From NCBI GenBank assembly GCA_030690415.1, contig JAUYGZ010000012.1, positions 19,325 through 83,324 of the forward strand: DNA of 64,000 bases, read 5' to 3'. Every line of letters starts with the position of its first letter. The first letter of the stretch is position 1. This stretch comes from a bacterium. Its GTDB lineage: Bacteria; Patescibacteriota; Gracilibacteria; JAUYGZ01. The notes below the pieces were generated by a model, which was not told where the DNA came from, made no database searches, and worked only from the letters and a program-made list of their open reading frames with translations. Both the position numbers and the translations under genes were made by a program. Shown one piece after another: positions 35,584 through 45,916 of this stretch.

Positions 35584-35781
35584 ATGAAAGGAACTATCAA
35601 ACGTATAACCGACAAAGGTTTCGGTTTCATTGCCGTAGAAGGTGAAGAGAAGGATTTATTCTTCCACTCCTCGGCACTGGTAGGAGTATCATTCGATGAG
35701 CTCCGAGAAGGTGACGCCGTCACTTTTGACACGGAAGACTCTGACAAGGGTCCTCGTGCAACCAATGTCCAGCGTGCGTAA
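35584..35781 (+). CDS. Cold-shock domain protein
   Basis: MKGTIKRITDKGFGFIAVEGEEKDLFFHSSAL carries the RNP1-like KGFGFI and RNP2-like DLFFH motifs. Start taken at the internal ATG at 35584. Confidence 0.92.
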   Translation: MKGTIKRITDKGFGFIAVEGEEKDLFFHSSALVGVSFDELREGDAVTFDTEDSDKGPRATNVQRA

Positions 35782-35793
35782 TCGTACCATTCT

Positions 35794-35829
35794 AAAAACC
35801 TCTCTGATATTTTGTCAGAGAGGTTTTTA
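35794..35829 (+). terminator. Rho-independent terminator after the csp gene
   Basis: cctctctga-tattttg-tcagagagg followed by ttttt. Confidence 0.8.
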
Positions 35830-35854
35830 TATATCTCCACCTCCTCTTTTTCCC

Positions 35855-37198
35855 ATGCACCTCGACCTCAATGCCGAATTCAAAAAAGCCCTGAACCACA
35901 TGGAAGATGGAGACGGCCACCTCTTCATCACGGGAAGAGCTGGAACTGGTAAATCGAGTTTGCTGACCTATTTCCGTACGAATACTCTAAAGAATCTGGT
36001 AGTCCTGGCTCCCACGGGAGTGGCCGCACTAAATGTCCAGGGTCAAACGATCCATTCGTTTTTTGGATTCCCTCCTCAGATAAGCCCTGAGCAAGCCAGA
36101 AAAGAACATCCTTTCGATAAGATGAAAACTCTTATTCAAAAACTGGAGCTCATCATCATCGACGAAGCCTCCATGCTCAGAGCAGACCTTCTCGACTGCA
36201 TCGACCAAGCTCTCAGGAGATACGGAAACAAGGACAAACCCTTCGGAGGAAAACGACTCGTCCTCGTGGGAGACCTCTATCAGCTCCCTCCTGTGGTCAA
36301 CCGCGAAGAACAGAAAACCTTCTGCGAAACCTATACCAGCCCCTATTTTTTCGACGCCAAAGTCTTTTCAGAAACCATACTGCACATTCACGAGCTCAGC
36401 AAAATCTATCGACAAAACGAAGACGACTTTATCGAGCTTTTGAACCACGTCCGAGAGAACTCTGTCACCTGGGATCACATTCGAGATCTGAATCGAAGAA
36501 CAGACCCTGAATACATCAGCTATCGCAAAAACAATGAAATTACTTTGAGCACCACCAACGCCTCCGCCAATGAAATCAATAGGAAACAACTGAAAAACCT
36601 CAAGGGGAAAACCATACGACTAGAGGGGAAAACCAGCGGGGATTTTCAACGCCAGCTTCCTACCGAAGAGCAGCTCGAGCTGAAAGTCGGAGCACAGGTC
36701 ATGATGGTGAATAATGATTCCGCCAAACGTTGGGTCAACGGAAGCATGGGGACCATCACCGGTTTCGGATGGAATGAAGAAGAAGAGTGTAATGTCCTCC
36801 TGGTTACCCTTTCGGACGGAAAAAGAGCGGAGGTCCTGCCCTACACCTGGGAATCCAACCAATACTTTTTCGATCCCGAAAGCCAAAGCATCGAGATGGA
36901 GTCACTCGGGTCATTTACCCAGTACCCCATTCGCCTCGCCTGGGCCGTTACCATCCACAAAAGCCAGGGCAAAACCTTCGACAACGTCATCGTCGATATT
37001 GGCCGGGGAACCTTCGCACATGGTCAGGTCTACGTCGCCCTCAGCCGATGCAGCAGCTTCGAAGGACTGATCCTGAGAAAGCCCATAGAAAAAAAACATA
37101 TCTGGAGTGACCGAAGGATTCATCAGTTTATGACGACCAACAACCCTCGACTCTCGCCCCTAAAAATCACCAACCAGCAACCAGAAACCAGAAACTAG
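35855..37198 (+). CDS. Pif1/RecD-like SF1 DNA helicase
   Basis: Start at the ATG at 35855 (MHLDLNAEFKKAL). Walker A is GRAGTGKSSLL, with IIIDEASML, VGDLYQLPPV and a C-terminal TIHKSQGKTFDNVIV motif. Confidence 0.85.
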   Translation: MHLDLNAEFKKALNHMEDGDGHLFITGRAGTGKSSLLTYFRTNTLKNLVVLAPTGVAALNVQGQTIHSFFGFPPQISPEQARKEHPFDKMKTLIQKLELIIIDEASMLRADLLDCIDQALRRYGNKDKPFGGKRLVLVGDLYQLPPVVNREEQKTFCETYTSPYFFDAKVFSETILHIHELSKIYRQNEDDFIELLNHVRENSVTWDHIRDLNRRTDPEYISYRKNNEITLSTTNASANEINRKQLKNLKGKTIRLEGKTSGDFQRQLPTEEQLELKVGAQVMMVNNDSAKRWVNGSMGTITGFGWNEEEECNVLLVTLSDGKRAEVLPYTWESNQYFFDPESQSIEMESLGSFTQYPIRLAWAVTIHKSQGKTFDNVIVDIGRGTFAHGQVYVALSRCSSFEGLILRKPIEKKHIWSDRRIHQFMTTNNPRLSPLKITNQQPETRN

Positions 37199-37207
37199 CA
37201 ACCTGCC

Positions 37208-38476
<1,269 letters not shown>

Positions 38477-38490
38477 AAATAGAATTAGTT

Positions 38491-40287
38491 TTACTTCCCC
38501 CCTCTCTTCCTATCCGTTTCCTTCAAATACTTCTTCCTAAGTCTCACATGAATCGGCGTAATCTCCACATACTCATCGGAATCAATATATTCAATCGCCT
38601 TCTCCAGAGTCATCGGCACAATCGGCGTGAGATTGAGAGCTTCATCCGATCCTGAAGCCCGCACATTCGTGAGTTTTTTATTCTTGGTTGGATTCACGAC
38701 CAATTCCGTCCCCTGAGTATGCTCACCGATGACCATACCCTCATACACATCCACACCCGCTTCCACGAAAAGAGGGCCTCTCTCCTGGAGCTTCCAGAGT
38801 GAGTAAGCCATCGTCGAACCCGATTCACCGCAAACCATGGATCCGTACTGACGCTTTGAAATCGTCCCCATATGCGGAACAAAACGGTCAAAAGCATGGT
38901 AGAGAGTCCCTTCTCCTCGCGTAAGAACCAGAAACTCTGATCGGAAACCAAGAAGACCACGCGTCGGGACTTCAAACTCGAGTAAAGTATTTCCTTCACG
39001 GCTTTCCATGTTTTGCATAATCCCCTTCCTCTTTCCCAAAGCCTGAATAACAGAACCAGCCATAGCATCCGGGACATTCACCACCGCTGCCTCAAGAGGC
39101 TCCATCTTTTTCCCATCAACCTCCTGCATGATCACCTCCGGCTGGGAAATCTGAAGCTCAAAACCCTCTCGTCGCATCGTTTCAATAAGAACCGCGATAT
39201 GCATTTCACCTCGGCCATACACTTTCATCCCATCACCATTGTGATCAAATTCAATTTTCAATCCCACGTTCGTCTCCAATTCTTTCATCAAACGATCGCG
39301 AATATGCCGTGAAGTCACGAACTTGCCTTCTCGACCGGCAAAAGGAGAATCATTCACCATGAATTCAATGGCTAGAGCCGGAGGATCTACTCTGATTGCG
39401 GGTAAAGGTTCGATGGATTCACCGGTGGCTATGGTCTCACCCACATAAATATCAGGAAGCCCTGCCAAGACCACGATATCTCCCGCCTCAACCTGATCCA
39501 CTTCAACCCGCTCCATCCCTTCGAAGCTAAACAATTTGGACACCTTTCCCGAACGTTTCTCTCCCTTGGGAGTCAAAATAGTGACGGACTGATTCACGTT
39601 CAGCTTGCCTTCATACACGCGACCAATCGCCAATCGGCCCAAATAATCATCGTATCCAAGGGTGGCGGGCTGCATTCGGAAGGGACCGTCGAAGTTGCGC
39701 TTCGCTTTCGGGACATGCTCGAGAATGAAATCAATAAAAGGATCAATATTTTTTCTCTCATCACCCAGCTCCTTGATCGCCACACCATCTCTCGCCACCG
39801 TATACAAATACGGAAAATCAAGCTGCGCGTCAGAAGCACCCAGGCTCGAAAACAAATCAAAGGTAAGATCAATCACCTCACTGGGACGAGCCGAAGGCTT
39901 ATCAATCTTATTAATCACCACCAGTACCTTGTGTCCCAACTCCAGTGATTTTCGAAGGACAAACTTAGTCTGAGGCATGGGGCCTTCGTAAGCATCGACA
40001 ACAAGTACTACCGCGTCCACCGTCCGCAAAACACGCTCTACTTCTGATCCAAAATCAGCGTGTCCGGGAGTATCGACAATATTGATTTTTGCTCCTCGTT
40101 TGGTGATAGCGGCATTTTTGGCATAAATGGTAATTCCCCGCTCCTTTTCCTGATCATTGCTGTCCATAGCCCTTTCTTCCAGCTCCTTCCGCGAATCATA
40201 GGTATCACTCGCCTTCAGCAGAGCGTCCACAAGCGTGGTTTTCCCATGATCAACGTGAGCCACTATAGCAATGTTATAAATATCCAT
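38491..40287 (-). CDS. typA: Translational GTPase TypA/BipA
   Basis: [32 protein letters not shown] and NKID motifs. The 598-aa length and domain order are typical of BipA. Confidence 0.96.
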   Translation of the reverse strand: MDIYNIAIVAHVDHGKTTLVDALLKASDTYDSRKELEERAMDSNDQEKERGITIYAKNAAITKRGAKINIVDTPGHADFGSEVERVLRTVDAVVLVVDAYEGPMPQTKFVLRKSLELGHKVLVVINKIDKPSARPSEVIDLTFDLFSSLGASDAQLDFPYLYTVARDGVAIKELGDERKNIDPFIDFILEHVPKAKRNFDGPFRMQPATLGYDDYLGRLAIGRVYEGKLNVNQSVTILTPKGEKRSGKVSKLFSFEGMERVEVDQVEAGDIVVLAGLPDIYVGETIATGESIEPLPAIRVDPPALAIEFMVNDSPFAGREGKFVTSRHIRDRLMKELETNVGLKIEFDHNGDGMKVYGRGEMHIAVLIETMRREGFELQISQPEVIMQEVDGKKMEPLEAAVVNVPDAMAGSVIQALGKRKGIMQNMESREGNTLLEFEVPTRGLLGFRSEFLVLTRGEGTLYHAFDRFVPHMGTISKRQYGSMVCGESGSTMAYSLWKLQERGPLFVEAGVDVYEGMVIGEHTQGTELVVNPTKNKKLTNVRASGSDEALNLTPIVPMTLEKAIEYIDSDEYVEITPIHVRLRKKYLKETDRKRGGK

Positions 40288-40298
40288 AATAAATCAGA

Positions 40299-40391
40299 TC
40301 AGCAAACGGCGAAATCCTTCGAAGCTCGAAGGGAACTTTGGAAGGGGGCGAAGAATGGATGAGCAACTATTGCGATATTATATATATCCAT
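40299..40391 (-). other. Upstream ORF (30 codons) whose first 11 codons duplicate the typA N-terminus; possible leader peptide or relic of a replaced typA 5' end
   Basis: ATGGATATATATAATATCGCAATAGTTGCTCAT versus typA ATGGATATTTATAACATTGCTATAGTGGCTCAC gives 27/33 identical. All 6 differences fall at third codon positions and both encode [11 protein letters not shown]. The uORF stop TGA lies 9 nt before the typA ATG. Confidence 0.5.
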
Positions 40392-40416
40392 AGAATGGTA
40401 AAGTCGGCCAATTGTA

Positions 40417-40458
40417 GCGCAGACAGGATAAAAAAGCAATCCTGTCGTCCGCTTTTTC
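40417..40458 (+). terminator. Terminator-like hairpin with T5 run on the plus strand, 76 nt upstream of the 40534 gene
   Basis: gcg..gacaggat-aaaaaagca-atcctgtc..cgc followed by ttttt. No annotated plus-strand gene lies upstream. Confidence 0.4.
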
Positions 40459-40533
40459 CAAACCATTTTAGTACTGATCCCAAAAATCAACTTCAGAGCA
40501 AAGCTTACAAAACTTCATTCTTAATTCACTCCT

Positions 40534-41118
40534 ATGTCCACCAAAAAGCTCTCCAGCTCCGTTCTCAGCAAAATTCAGGAAGAACACATCAAACCAATAC
40601 CAAAATGGCATTACTGGATAAAAAACGGACTTTTTTGGACCATATTCCTCCTCAGTGCCTTTATCGGAGGAAGAGGAATCAGTGTCATCATGAGAATTTA
40701 TAGTGAAAGTGATTTAGGCTTCATTATGCTATCCCACGGCCCATTTCTACCCCCGTTCCTGACAATCCTGCCCCTCTTCTGGATTATCTTTTTTCTCCTC
40801 TTCCTCCTTTTCGCAGCCTACGGTCTTCACAGCACCAAAAAAGGATACCGCTTCTCCACCACCAAACTGATCGCTCTCAACCTGGGGATAGCACTTGTCA
40901 TCGGAATCGGGGCCTTCGCCTTGGGAGACGCGCCCGGATTTGAAGAAGCTCTTCACCCCCTGAAAAAAGGGCTTCGGAACCAGAAACCGGCATATAAAGA
41001 ATGCAATATTTACAAAATAATTCAAGCTTGCCAGCATAAAAACCTGAAACACTTTTTTTCAGGCTGCGTAATAAACAGTGAAATTGGCCATTTCATCTCC
41101 TTCATTCATAATTTGTAA
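40534..41118 (+). CDS. Hypothetical integral membrane protein
   Basis: 194 aa with about 4 TM helices after a basic N-terminus. First gene of a two-gene plus-strand unit. Confidence 0.65.
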   Translation: MSTKKLSSSVLSKIQEEHIKPIPKWHYWIKNGLFWTIFLLSAFIGGRGISVIMRIYSESDLGFIMLSHGPFLPPFLTILPLFWIIFFLLFLLFAAYGLHSTKKGYRFSTTKLIALNLGIALVIGIGAFALGDAPGFEEALHPLKKGLRNQKPAYKECNIYKIIQACQHKNLKHFFSGCVINSEIGHFISFIHNL

Positions 41119-41134
41119 TTTTTACCCCAACCCC

Positions 41135-41914
41135 ATGCCTACGAAAAAAACCGCCGCTATGGCACTCACCATCGTCTCGGCCATCGGCTTGATCCTCACC
41201 ACCCAATTCACTCTAGCCGCCCCCGAAGAAGCCCCATCTACCACTCACCAGGAGCGCTTCGAACAACAAAAAGCTCACCGGGGACAACTCCAGGCCATGC
41301 AAGAAAAAACCACTTATACCGAAACCAAAATCGACAATGGAGTCTTGGTCAGCATCACCTCAGATGATACAGAAATCGTGACACAGCTTCAAAACCGGGA
41401 ACAAAAAGCTCCAAAAAACGATGAAGTAACCGTAACCGTCGTCAATCTCGACAATGGAGTACAGATCACTCGAACCTCTGACAATGCGGAACTTGTCGCC
41501 AAATGGCATGACATGATCGACCAAAAAGCAAAAAAAGACAGCATTATTCGTGAGGTAACAAACACCGACACCGGCGTCACCATCACCATCACCAGCTCCG
41601 ATCCGGAAGTCGTGCAGAAACTTCAGACAAAAGAAGAACACCGTCCGGAAAATGAAAACGAGGAAATCGAAGTCAGCAAAACGAACCTTAACAATGGCGT
41701 CCAGATCACGATCAGCTCAAACAACCCTAACCTCGTGGAAAAAATCCAGCAAGGTGCCGCGCACAAAGCTGAAGGAAAAGGAAAAGGACATGGGATGAAA
41801 AAAGGATTTGGAAAGCACTTTGGACAAGGCTTTGGAAATGGAGGTGGATTCAAAGGACATTTTGGATCTCGGGGCTTGGACACCAGGTCCTCATCTGAGG
41901 TTAACCAGTCGTAA
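41135..41914 (+). CDS. Secreted protein with four ~35-aa (D/N)(N/T)GV.(I/V).I(T/S)S.(D/N).E(I/V)V..(L/I)Q repeats and a Gly/Lys/His-rich tail
   Basis: Start at the ATG at 41135 (MPTKKTAAMALTIVSAIGLILTTQFTLAAP). Repeats are DNGVLVSITSDDTEIVTQLQ, DNGVQITRTSDNAELVAKWH, DTGVTITITSSDPEVVQKLQ and NNGVQITISSNNPNLVEKIQ. Confidence 0.7.
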   Translation: MPTKKTAAMALTIVSAIGLILTTQFTLAAPEEAPSTTHQERFEQQKAHRGQLQAMQEKTTYTETKIDNGVLVSITSDDTEIVTQLQNREQKAPKNDEVTVTVVNLDNGVQITRTSDNAELVAKWHDMIDQKAKKDSIIREVTNTDTGVTITITSSDPEVVQKLQTKEEHRPENENEEIEVSKTNLNNGVQITISSNNPNLVEKIQQGAAHKAEGKGKGHGMKKGFGKHFGQGFGNGGGFKGHFGSRGLDTRSSSEVNQS

Positions 41915-41932
41915 GCGTTCTTTCACAACGCT

Positions 41933-41971
41933 AAAAAACTCCTCTAAAACCCTTAAAGAGGAGTTTTTTTA
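41933..41971. terminator. Bidirectional rho-independent terminator
   Basis: aaaaaa-ctcctct-aaaaccctta-aagaggag-ttttttt between convergent genes. Confidence 0.75.
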
Positions 41972-42343
41972 TGTTTTCGAAACATATTCCACTCCATCCA
42001 AACCTTTAAAATCCGCATCCTGAGTCCAGAGCCGGGCCTCATATTTTCGCGCGGTAGCCAGAATAATACTATCAGCCATCGGAAGGCTGAGCCCATCACT
42101 CAGCTGAGCCGCCAACACAGAAAGCTCCAAATCAAAATCGATAATGTTCCCTTGTCTCATGTGAGCAACGACTCGAAGAGCGGAAGACTCATCCCGTTCG
42201 TGTAGGACCTTTTTAAAAACCTCATATAAGACAATCGTTGGGACAAGAAGACGTTTCGTATCTTCAATCGCCTTCAAAAAATATCTTGCCCTTGTCGTAT
42301 TGGCAAAAAACTCTAACCAGGCTGAAGAATCAACAAGATTCAT
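41969..42343 (-). CDS. vapC: PIN-domain toxin VapC
   Basis: 124 aa. Sequence MNLVDSSAWLEFF...LVPTIVLYEV...ADSIILATA...LWTQDADF shows the conserved acidic residues of PIN. The start overlaps the upstream antitoxin stop by 4 nt. Confidence 0.88.
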   Translation of the reverse strand: MNLVDSSAWLEFFANTTRARYFLKAIEDTKRLLVPTIVLYEVFKKVLHERDESSALRVVAHMRQGNIIDFDLELSVLAAQLSDGLSLPMADSIILATARKYEARLWTQDADFKGLDGVEYVSKT

Positions 42344-42546
42344 AATCTGTCTTTATCACGCGTAATAGTGGTATCCATACCCTTCAGGAAACCCTTCAGA
42401 GTGGAAATGGGCTGGATGGGAATAAGTTCAATTCGCTCACCAAACAGAATAACCTCCAGCTTCATTCCGGAACGGAGCTTCATCGAGTCCCGAACAGCCT
42501 TGGGAATAACCACTTGAAATTTTGGGGAAAGAGTTACGGTATTCAT
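42340..42546 (-). CDS. vapB: AbrB/SpoVT-fold antitoxin VapB
   Basis: 68 aa. LSPKFQVVIPKAVRDSMKLRSGMKLEVI is the swapped-hairpin AbrB-like motif. Confidence 0.85.
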   Translation of the reverse strand: MNTVTLSPKFQVVIPKAVRDSMKLRSGMKLEVILFGERIELIPIQPISTLKGFLKGMDTTITRDKDRL

Positions 42547-42622
42547 ACAGTTTTATTATCGATAGCATTCAGGTAAAATTATACATCGATCGACACATTA
42601 TTTCAACCGCAAAATACACTAT

Positions 42623-43375
42623 TTACATACCCTTTATTCCCTTCATCATTTCCTCCAAATCCCCCATATCCTGAATCTTGATGTCATCAGGAACAACAAA
42701 CCGGGAAACATCAACCGGCCCTTCAAACACCTCAGTAGCTGTCTCAGAAATACTCATCCCCATCATATTTGACTGAGATTTGAGCGTAACAGCATTCCAG
42801 ACACAAGTCGTCGTGGCAAGATTCACCACATCATAGACATCACAGGTTTTACCCGCGACAATATCAGCTCCTGTTTTGATACCACCCATGGACTGAAGCA
42901 TCTGAAGACCTACTTCGCCAAGATCATCCTTTCCGGTATTCTTTGCAATCTGATCCAGAATGGTGTTTTTGATCCGACTCCCCGTCTTGGTATCAGGATT
43001 GTAGGTAACAAGCCAATCCCCATCCATTATCGAAACCTCTCTGGATGGAACTGTCACCCCACCTGCCTGTATTTCAGAATCCTTGTAAGTAGCCTCCCTC
43101 ATCCCCCAATGATCCCAATAAATCGTCTTCGTCCCCACCTGAACCCCTGAAAGAGTATAAGATACCATCCCCGACTCCACCCCATATCGACGAGTAAAGC
43201 CGGTGCCTTCCATCATCGCGTCCCCCGATCGATCTATCGCGCCGCCATCGCCATCTTCATCCTCATCCATCATGCTATCCTCACCTTTTTCTTCAACATC
43301 AGGAGGCGTGTCACACGCTGTTAACATGAGTGAAAAAAGCAAAGTAAAGAACAACAGAAAAGAAAATCGCTTCAT
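42623..43375 (-). CDS. Hypothetical lipoprotein
   Basis: MKRFSFLLFFTLLFSLMLTAC carries the lipobox LTAC. Acidic linker follows. Domain not recognised. Confidence 0.75.
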   Translation of the reverse strand: MKRFSFLLFFTLLFSLMLTACDTPPDVEEKGEDSMMDEDEDGDGGAIDRSGDAMMEGTGFTRRYGVESGMVSYTLSGVQVGTKTIYWDHWGMREATYKDSEIQAGGVTVPSREVSIMDGDWLVTYNPDTKTGSRIKNTILDQIAKNTGKDDLGEVGLQMLQSMGGIKTGADIVAGKTCDVYDVVNLATTTCVWNAVTLKSQSNMMGMSISETATEVFEGPVDVSRFVVPDDIKIQDMGDLEEMMKGIKGM

Positions 43376-43558
43376 AAATAAAAAAAAAGAATAGTCACGC
43401 TCATTGAAGCAGAGAACTCAAGAGAAAGCGAATAAGAAGTCGTGGAAACACATTTTCAAAATTCGTCCACAGCCCTCTTTTAACTCCTCAAGAAAGAGAG
43501 CATACAATATGATCACTTTTTATAGTGAAGCATTAAGCAATTTTTTTATATTCCTCCT

Positions 43559-44338
43559 ATGAACTCTACAGTTAAAAACCTCATCGGTGCTGGAGCTATC
43601 CTCCTCGCCCTTGTACTCTCCTTCGTCACCTTCAAAGCCGTAGGAATTTATGATCGCTCCAGCGAACCTACCAATTTCCGAAGCTTTAGCGTTTCTGCCG
43701 ATGGCGATGCAGTGGGGGTCCCCGACATTGCTGAATTTTCTTTTGACGTCATCACTGAGGGAGGGACAGACATCGCAGGCCTCCAGCAACAAAATACTGA
43801 AAAAATGAATAACGCGATCAGCTTCGTCAAAAGCCTTGAAGTGGATTCAAAAGACATCAAGACCCAGTCCTATTATGTCTCACCACGATACCAAAATACT
43901 TTTTGCCGATATGAACCGGGGGAAATTTGCCCACCTGCCGAAATAGTAGGATATAGCGTCAGTCAGTCCGTCAGTATCAGGATCCGTGATTTCGACAATA
44001 TCAGCACGGCTCTCACAGGAGTGGTCACAAACGGAGCCAATTCTGTTTCGCAGCTGAACTTTACGATCGACGATCCCACAGGAGTCGAAAATGAAGCCCG
44101 CGCCGAAGCCATCCAAAAAGCAAAAGTAAAAGCCATGGACATCGCCAAAGCCGGCGGCTTCAGCATCGGGCGACTCCTGGAGATCTCTGAATACGGATCC
44201 CCTCAGCCTTACATGGTCCGAAGCATGACCATGGAGAGTGTGGCCATGGATAAAGACGGAGCCGTCCCCTCTCCCTCCATTGAACCCGGATCGGAAGAAG
44301 TCGTCATCAATGTGACGCTGAGATATGAGATCGAGTAG
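43559..44338 (+). CDS. SIMPL-domain (DUF541) periplasmic/envelope protein
   Basis: 259 aa with an N-terminal TM/signal segment. Sequence ISVSADGDAVGVPDIAEFSFDVITEG ... ARAEAIQKAKVKAMDIAKAGGFSIGRLLEISE is the typical SIMPL layout. Confidence 0.8.
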   Translation: MNSTVKNLIGAGAILLALVLSFVTFKAVGIYDRSSEPTNFRSFSVSADGDAVGVPDIAEFSFDVITEGGTDIAGLQQQNTEKMNNAISFVKSLEVDSKDIKTQSYYVSPRYQNTFCRYEPGEICPPAEIVGYSVSQSVSIRIRDFDNISTALTGVVTNGANSVSQLNFTIDDPTGVENEARAEAIQKAKVKAMDIAKAGGFSIGRLLEISEYGSPQPYMVRSMTMESVAMDKDGAVPSPSIEPGSEEVVINVTLRYEIE

Positions 44339-44960
44339 TAAGTCCTGCAATGAGCTTCGTCATCTCCGCTCTGGTCACAAACTGAGCGGCTCCAAACTGA
44401 CCAACTCCATCAGGACTCATCAAACCTCGCTCAACTGCGCAATCGACGTAAGAAGCATACCAATCTCCAGGAGCAACATCAGCAAATAAGCGCTGGAACG
44501 AAGTTTCGAGAGGCACTCCGGCAGCACCTAATACAATCTTGAGAGCCTCAACACGATTCACATATTGATCTGCGTGGAACATCCCGTCAGAATAGCCCTG
44601 AACCACTCCCATGTGACGAGCCTCAGCAACATAAGAGGCGTACCAGGCCGTCACGGGAATATCGGGAAAACGGCTTGAAGCCGCAGCCTTCTTCATGGAA
44701 GGCGAAGCAAAGGCGACAAGTGCCATTTTTGTGACTTCAGCCCGATCAACCCAGGCATCCGGGTCAAATTGTCCAGGTAATCGCCCCTCTACAATCCCCT
44801 GCTGAACGAGTTGCTCTATGAAGGGTTGAGCCCAGTGGCCCTGAATATCAGAGAATACAGAACCGGACTGAGCCAGCACCCCGTCCAAGGGAGTCACCGT
44901 AAATCCAAAAGCCAGAAGAAGGATGATACAACGACTGGTGAATCGACGAAAAATAACCAT
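44307..44960 (-). CDS. Secreted protein made of three SLH repeats
   Basis: Start at the internal ATG at 44960 (MVIFRRFTSRCIILLLAFGF). SLH motifs are FSDIQGHWAQPFIEQLVQQGIVEG, FPDIPVTAWYASYVAEARHMGVVQGYSDG and FADVAPGDWYASYVDCAVERGLM. Confidence 0.8.
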   Translation of the reverse strand: MVIFRRFTSRCIILLLAFGFTVTPLDGVLAQSGSVFSDIQGHWAQPFIEQLVQQGIVEGRLPGQFDPDAWVDRAEVTKMALVAFASPSMKKAAASSRFPDIPVTAWYASYVAEARHMGVVQGYSDGMFHADQYVNRVEALKIVLGAAGVPLETSFQRLFADVAPGDWYASYVDCAVERGLMSPDGVGQFGAAQFVTRAEMTKLIAGLTTRSHISASH

Positions 44961-45128
44961 AGACAAAATATGATTTCTGAATATATATAATATAACACAT
45001 ATTATAGACATTTGTCAATTTATTAAAAAACACAAAAAATATCAGAGTCAATCAGCACTCAATTGCCAAGGAACAAAAAGCCTTGGTATACTAAATTCAA
45101 CTCAATCGATTCTCCTAAACAGGTCATT

Positions 45129-45347
45129 ATGAAAAGATCTATTCTTTTTGCCGTGCTCGCCCTTGCCTCACTCCCCCTCCTGACTGGCTGCGCCAGCAAC
45201 ACCCAGCAGGTCGATAATGTGACCGGCCCGGATAATCAGCCGGTCGATAATGAGATCGGCATGGATAATCAACAGGTGAAAATCAGAGAGCTCCAGGGAC
45301 AGCTGCAAAACATCAAGTCAGAGGTAGATAAAATGAAGAGGCCATAA
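45129..45347 (+). CDS. Small Lpp-like coiled-coil lipoprotein
   Basis: MKRSILFAVLALASLPLLTGC carries a lipobox. Has QVDN/PVDN repeats and the heptad tail KIRELQGQLQNIKSEVDKMK. Confidence 0.7.
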   Translation: MKRSILFAVLALASLPLLTGCASNTQQVDNVTGPDNQPVDNEIGMDNQQVKIRELQGQLQNIKSEVDKMKRP

Positions 45348-45455
45348 AGCAACAAACTAAAATAATACCCCCGTCAACCTTATTCACTCCTCAAAATTTT
45401 CAGCTTTGGCTAGACTCTCTAGCGAACACATTTTTTACCCTTAATATCTGTTCTT

Positions 45456-45674
45456 ATGAAAAAGCCAGCCATAATTCTGCTAAGCGCCATCTTCGGACTC
45501 AGTATGCTCACGGCTTGTGGGGCAACGGATGAGGTAAGCGGAATGGAGAGAAATAGAGAAATCCTGAATATATTACAGCCGCAATTTGACAAAACTAATG
45601 CTATTATTGAAGAATTAAGAGTAGATGTAAAAACTATAAGGGAAGATATGGGTGAGGTGAAAAGTGCCAACTAG
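45456..45674 (+). CDS. Small Lpp-like coiled-coil lipoprotein
   Basis: MKKPAIILLSAIFGLSMLTAC carries a lipobox. Helical tail is NAIIEELRVDVKTIREDMGEVKSAN. Confidence 0.7.
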   Translation: MKKPAIILLSAIFGLSMLTACGATDEVSGMERNREILNILQPQFDKTNAIIEELRVDVKTIREDMGEVKSAN

Positions 45675-45691
45675 TCAATAATCATACACCC

Positions 45692-45719
45692 GTAGAAACG
45701 CATAGCTATGCGTCTCTAC
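45692..45719. repeat. Degenerate REP palindrome gtagaaacgcatag/ctatgcgtctctac
   Basis: Read directly; one arm mismatch. Followed by acgcggacctacgcatctcaccgttcatacccac. Confidence 0.7.
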
Positions 45720-45769
45720 ACGCGGACCTACGCATCTCACCGTTCATACCCACCCGCCAACGCCACCCC

Positions 45770-45798
45770 GTACAGACGTTTTGCCAAAACATCTCTAC
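45770..45798. repeat. Degenerate REP palindrome gtacagacgtttt-gcc-aaaacatctctac
   Basis: Read directly; two arm mismatches. Confidence 0.55.
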
Positions 45799-45872
45799 CC
45801 CCTTCACGCCCCCTCCCCCTTTTTCTGATTTGTGGTTGATTTATTGCGCGAGTTTGATATCATAGAGATACA

Positions 45873-45916
45873 AAGCTTGGACGCTGAAGCTATTGCTACA
45901 GTGCTTCCGGGTGTCA
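45873..45916 (-). other. Inverted, rearranged fragments of the adjacent tRNA-like gene
   Basis: 45873..45885 (aagcttggacgct) is the reverse complement of 45993..46005 at 12/13 positions, and the mismatch would be G:U in RNA. 45904..45916 (cttccgggtgtca) is the exact reverse complement of 46005..46017. The order of the two pieces is swapped relative to the tRNA. Confidence 0.7.
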
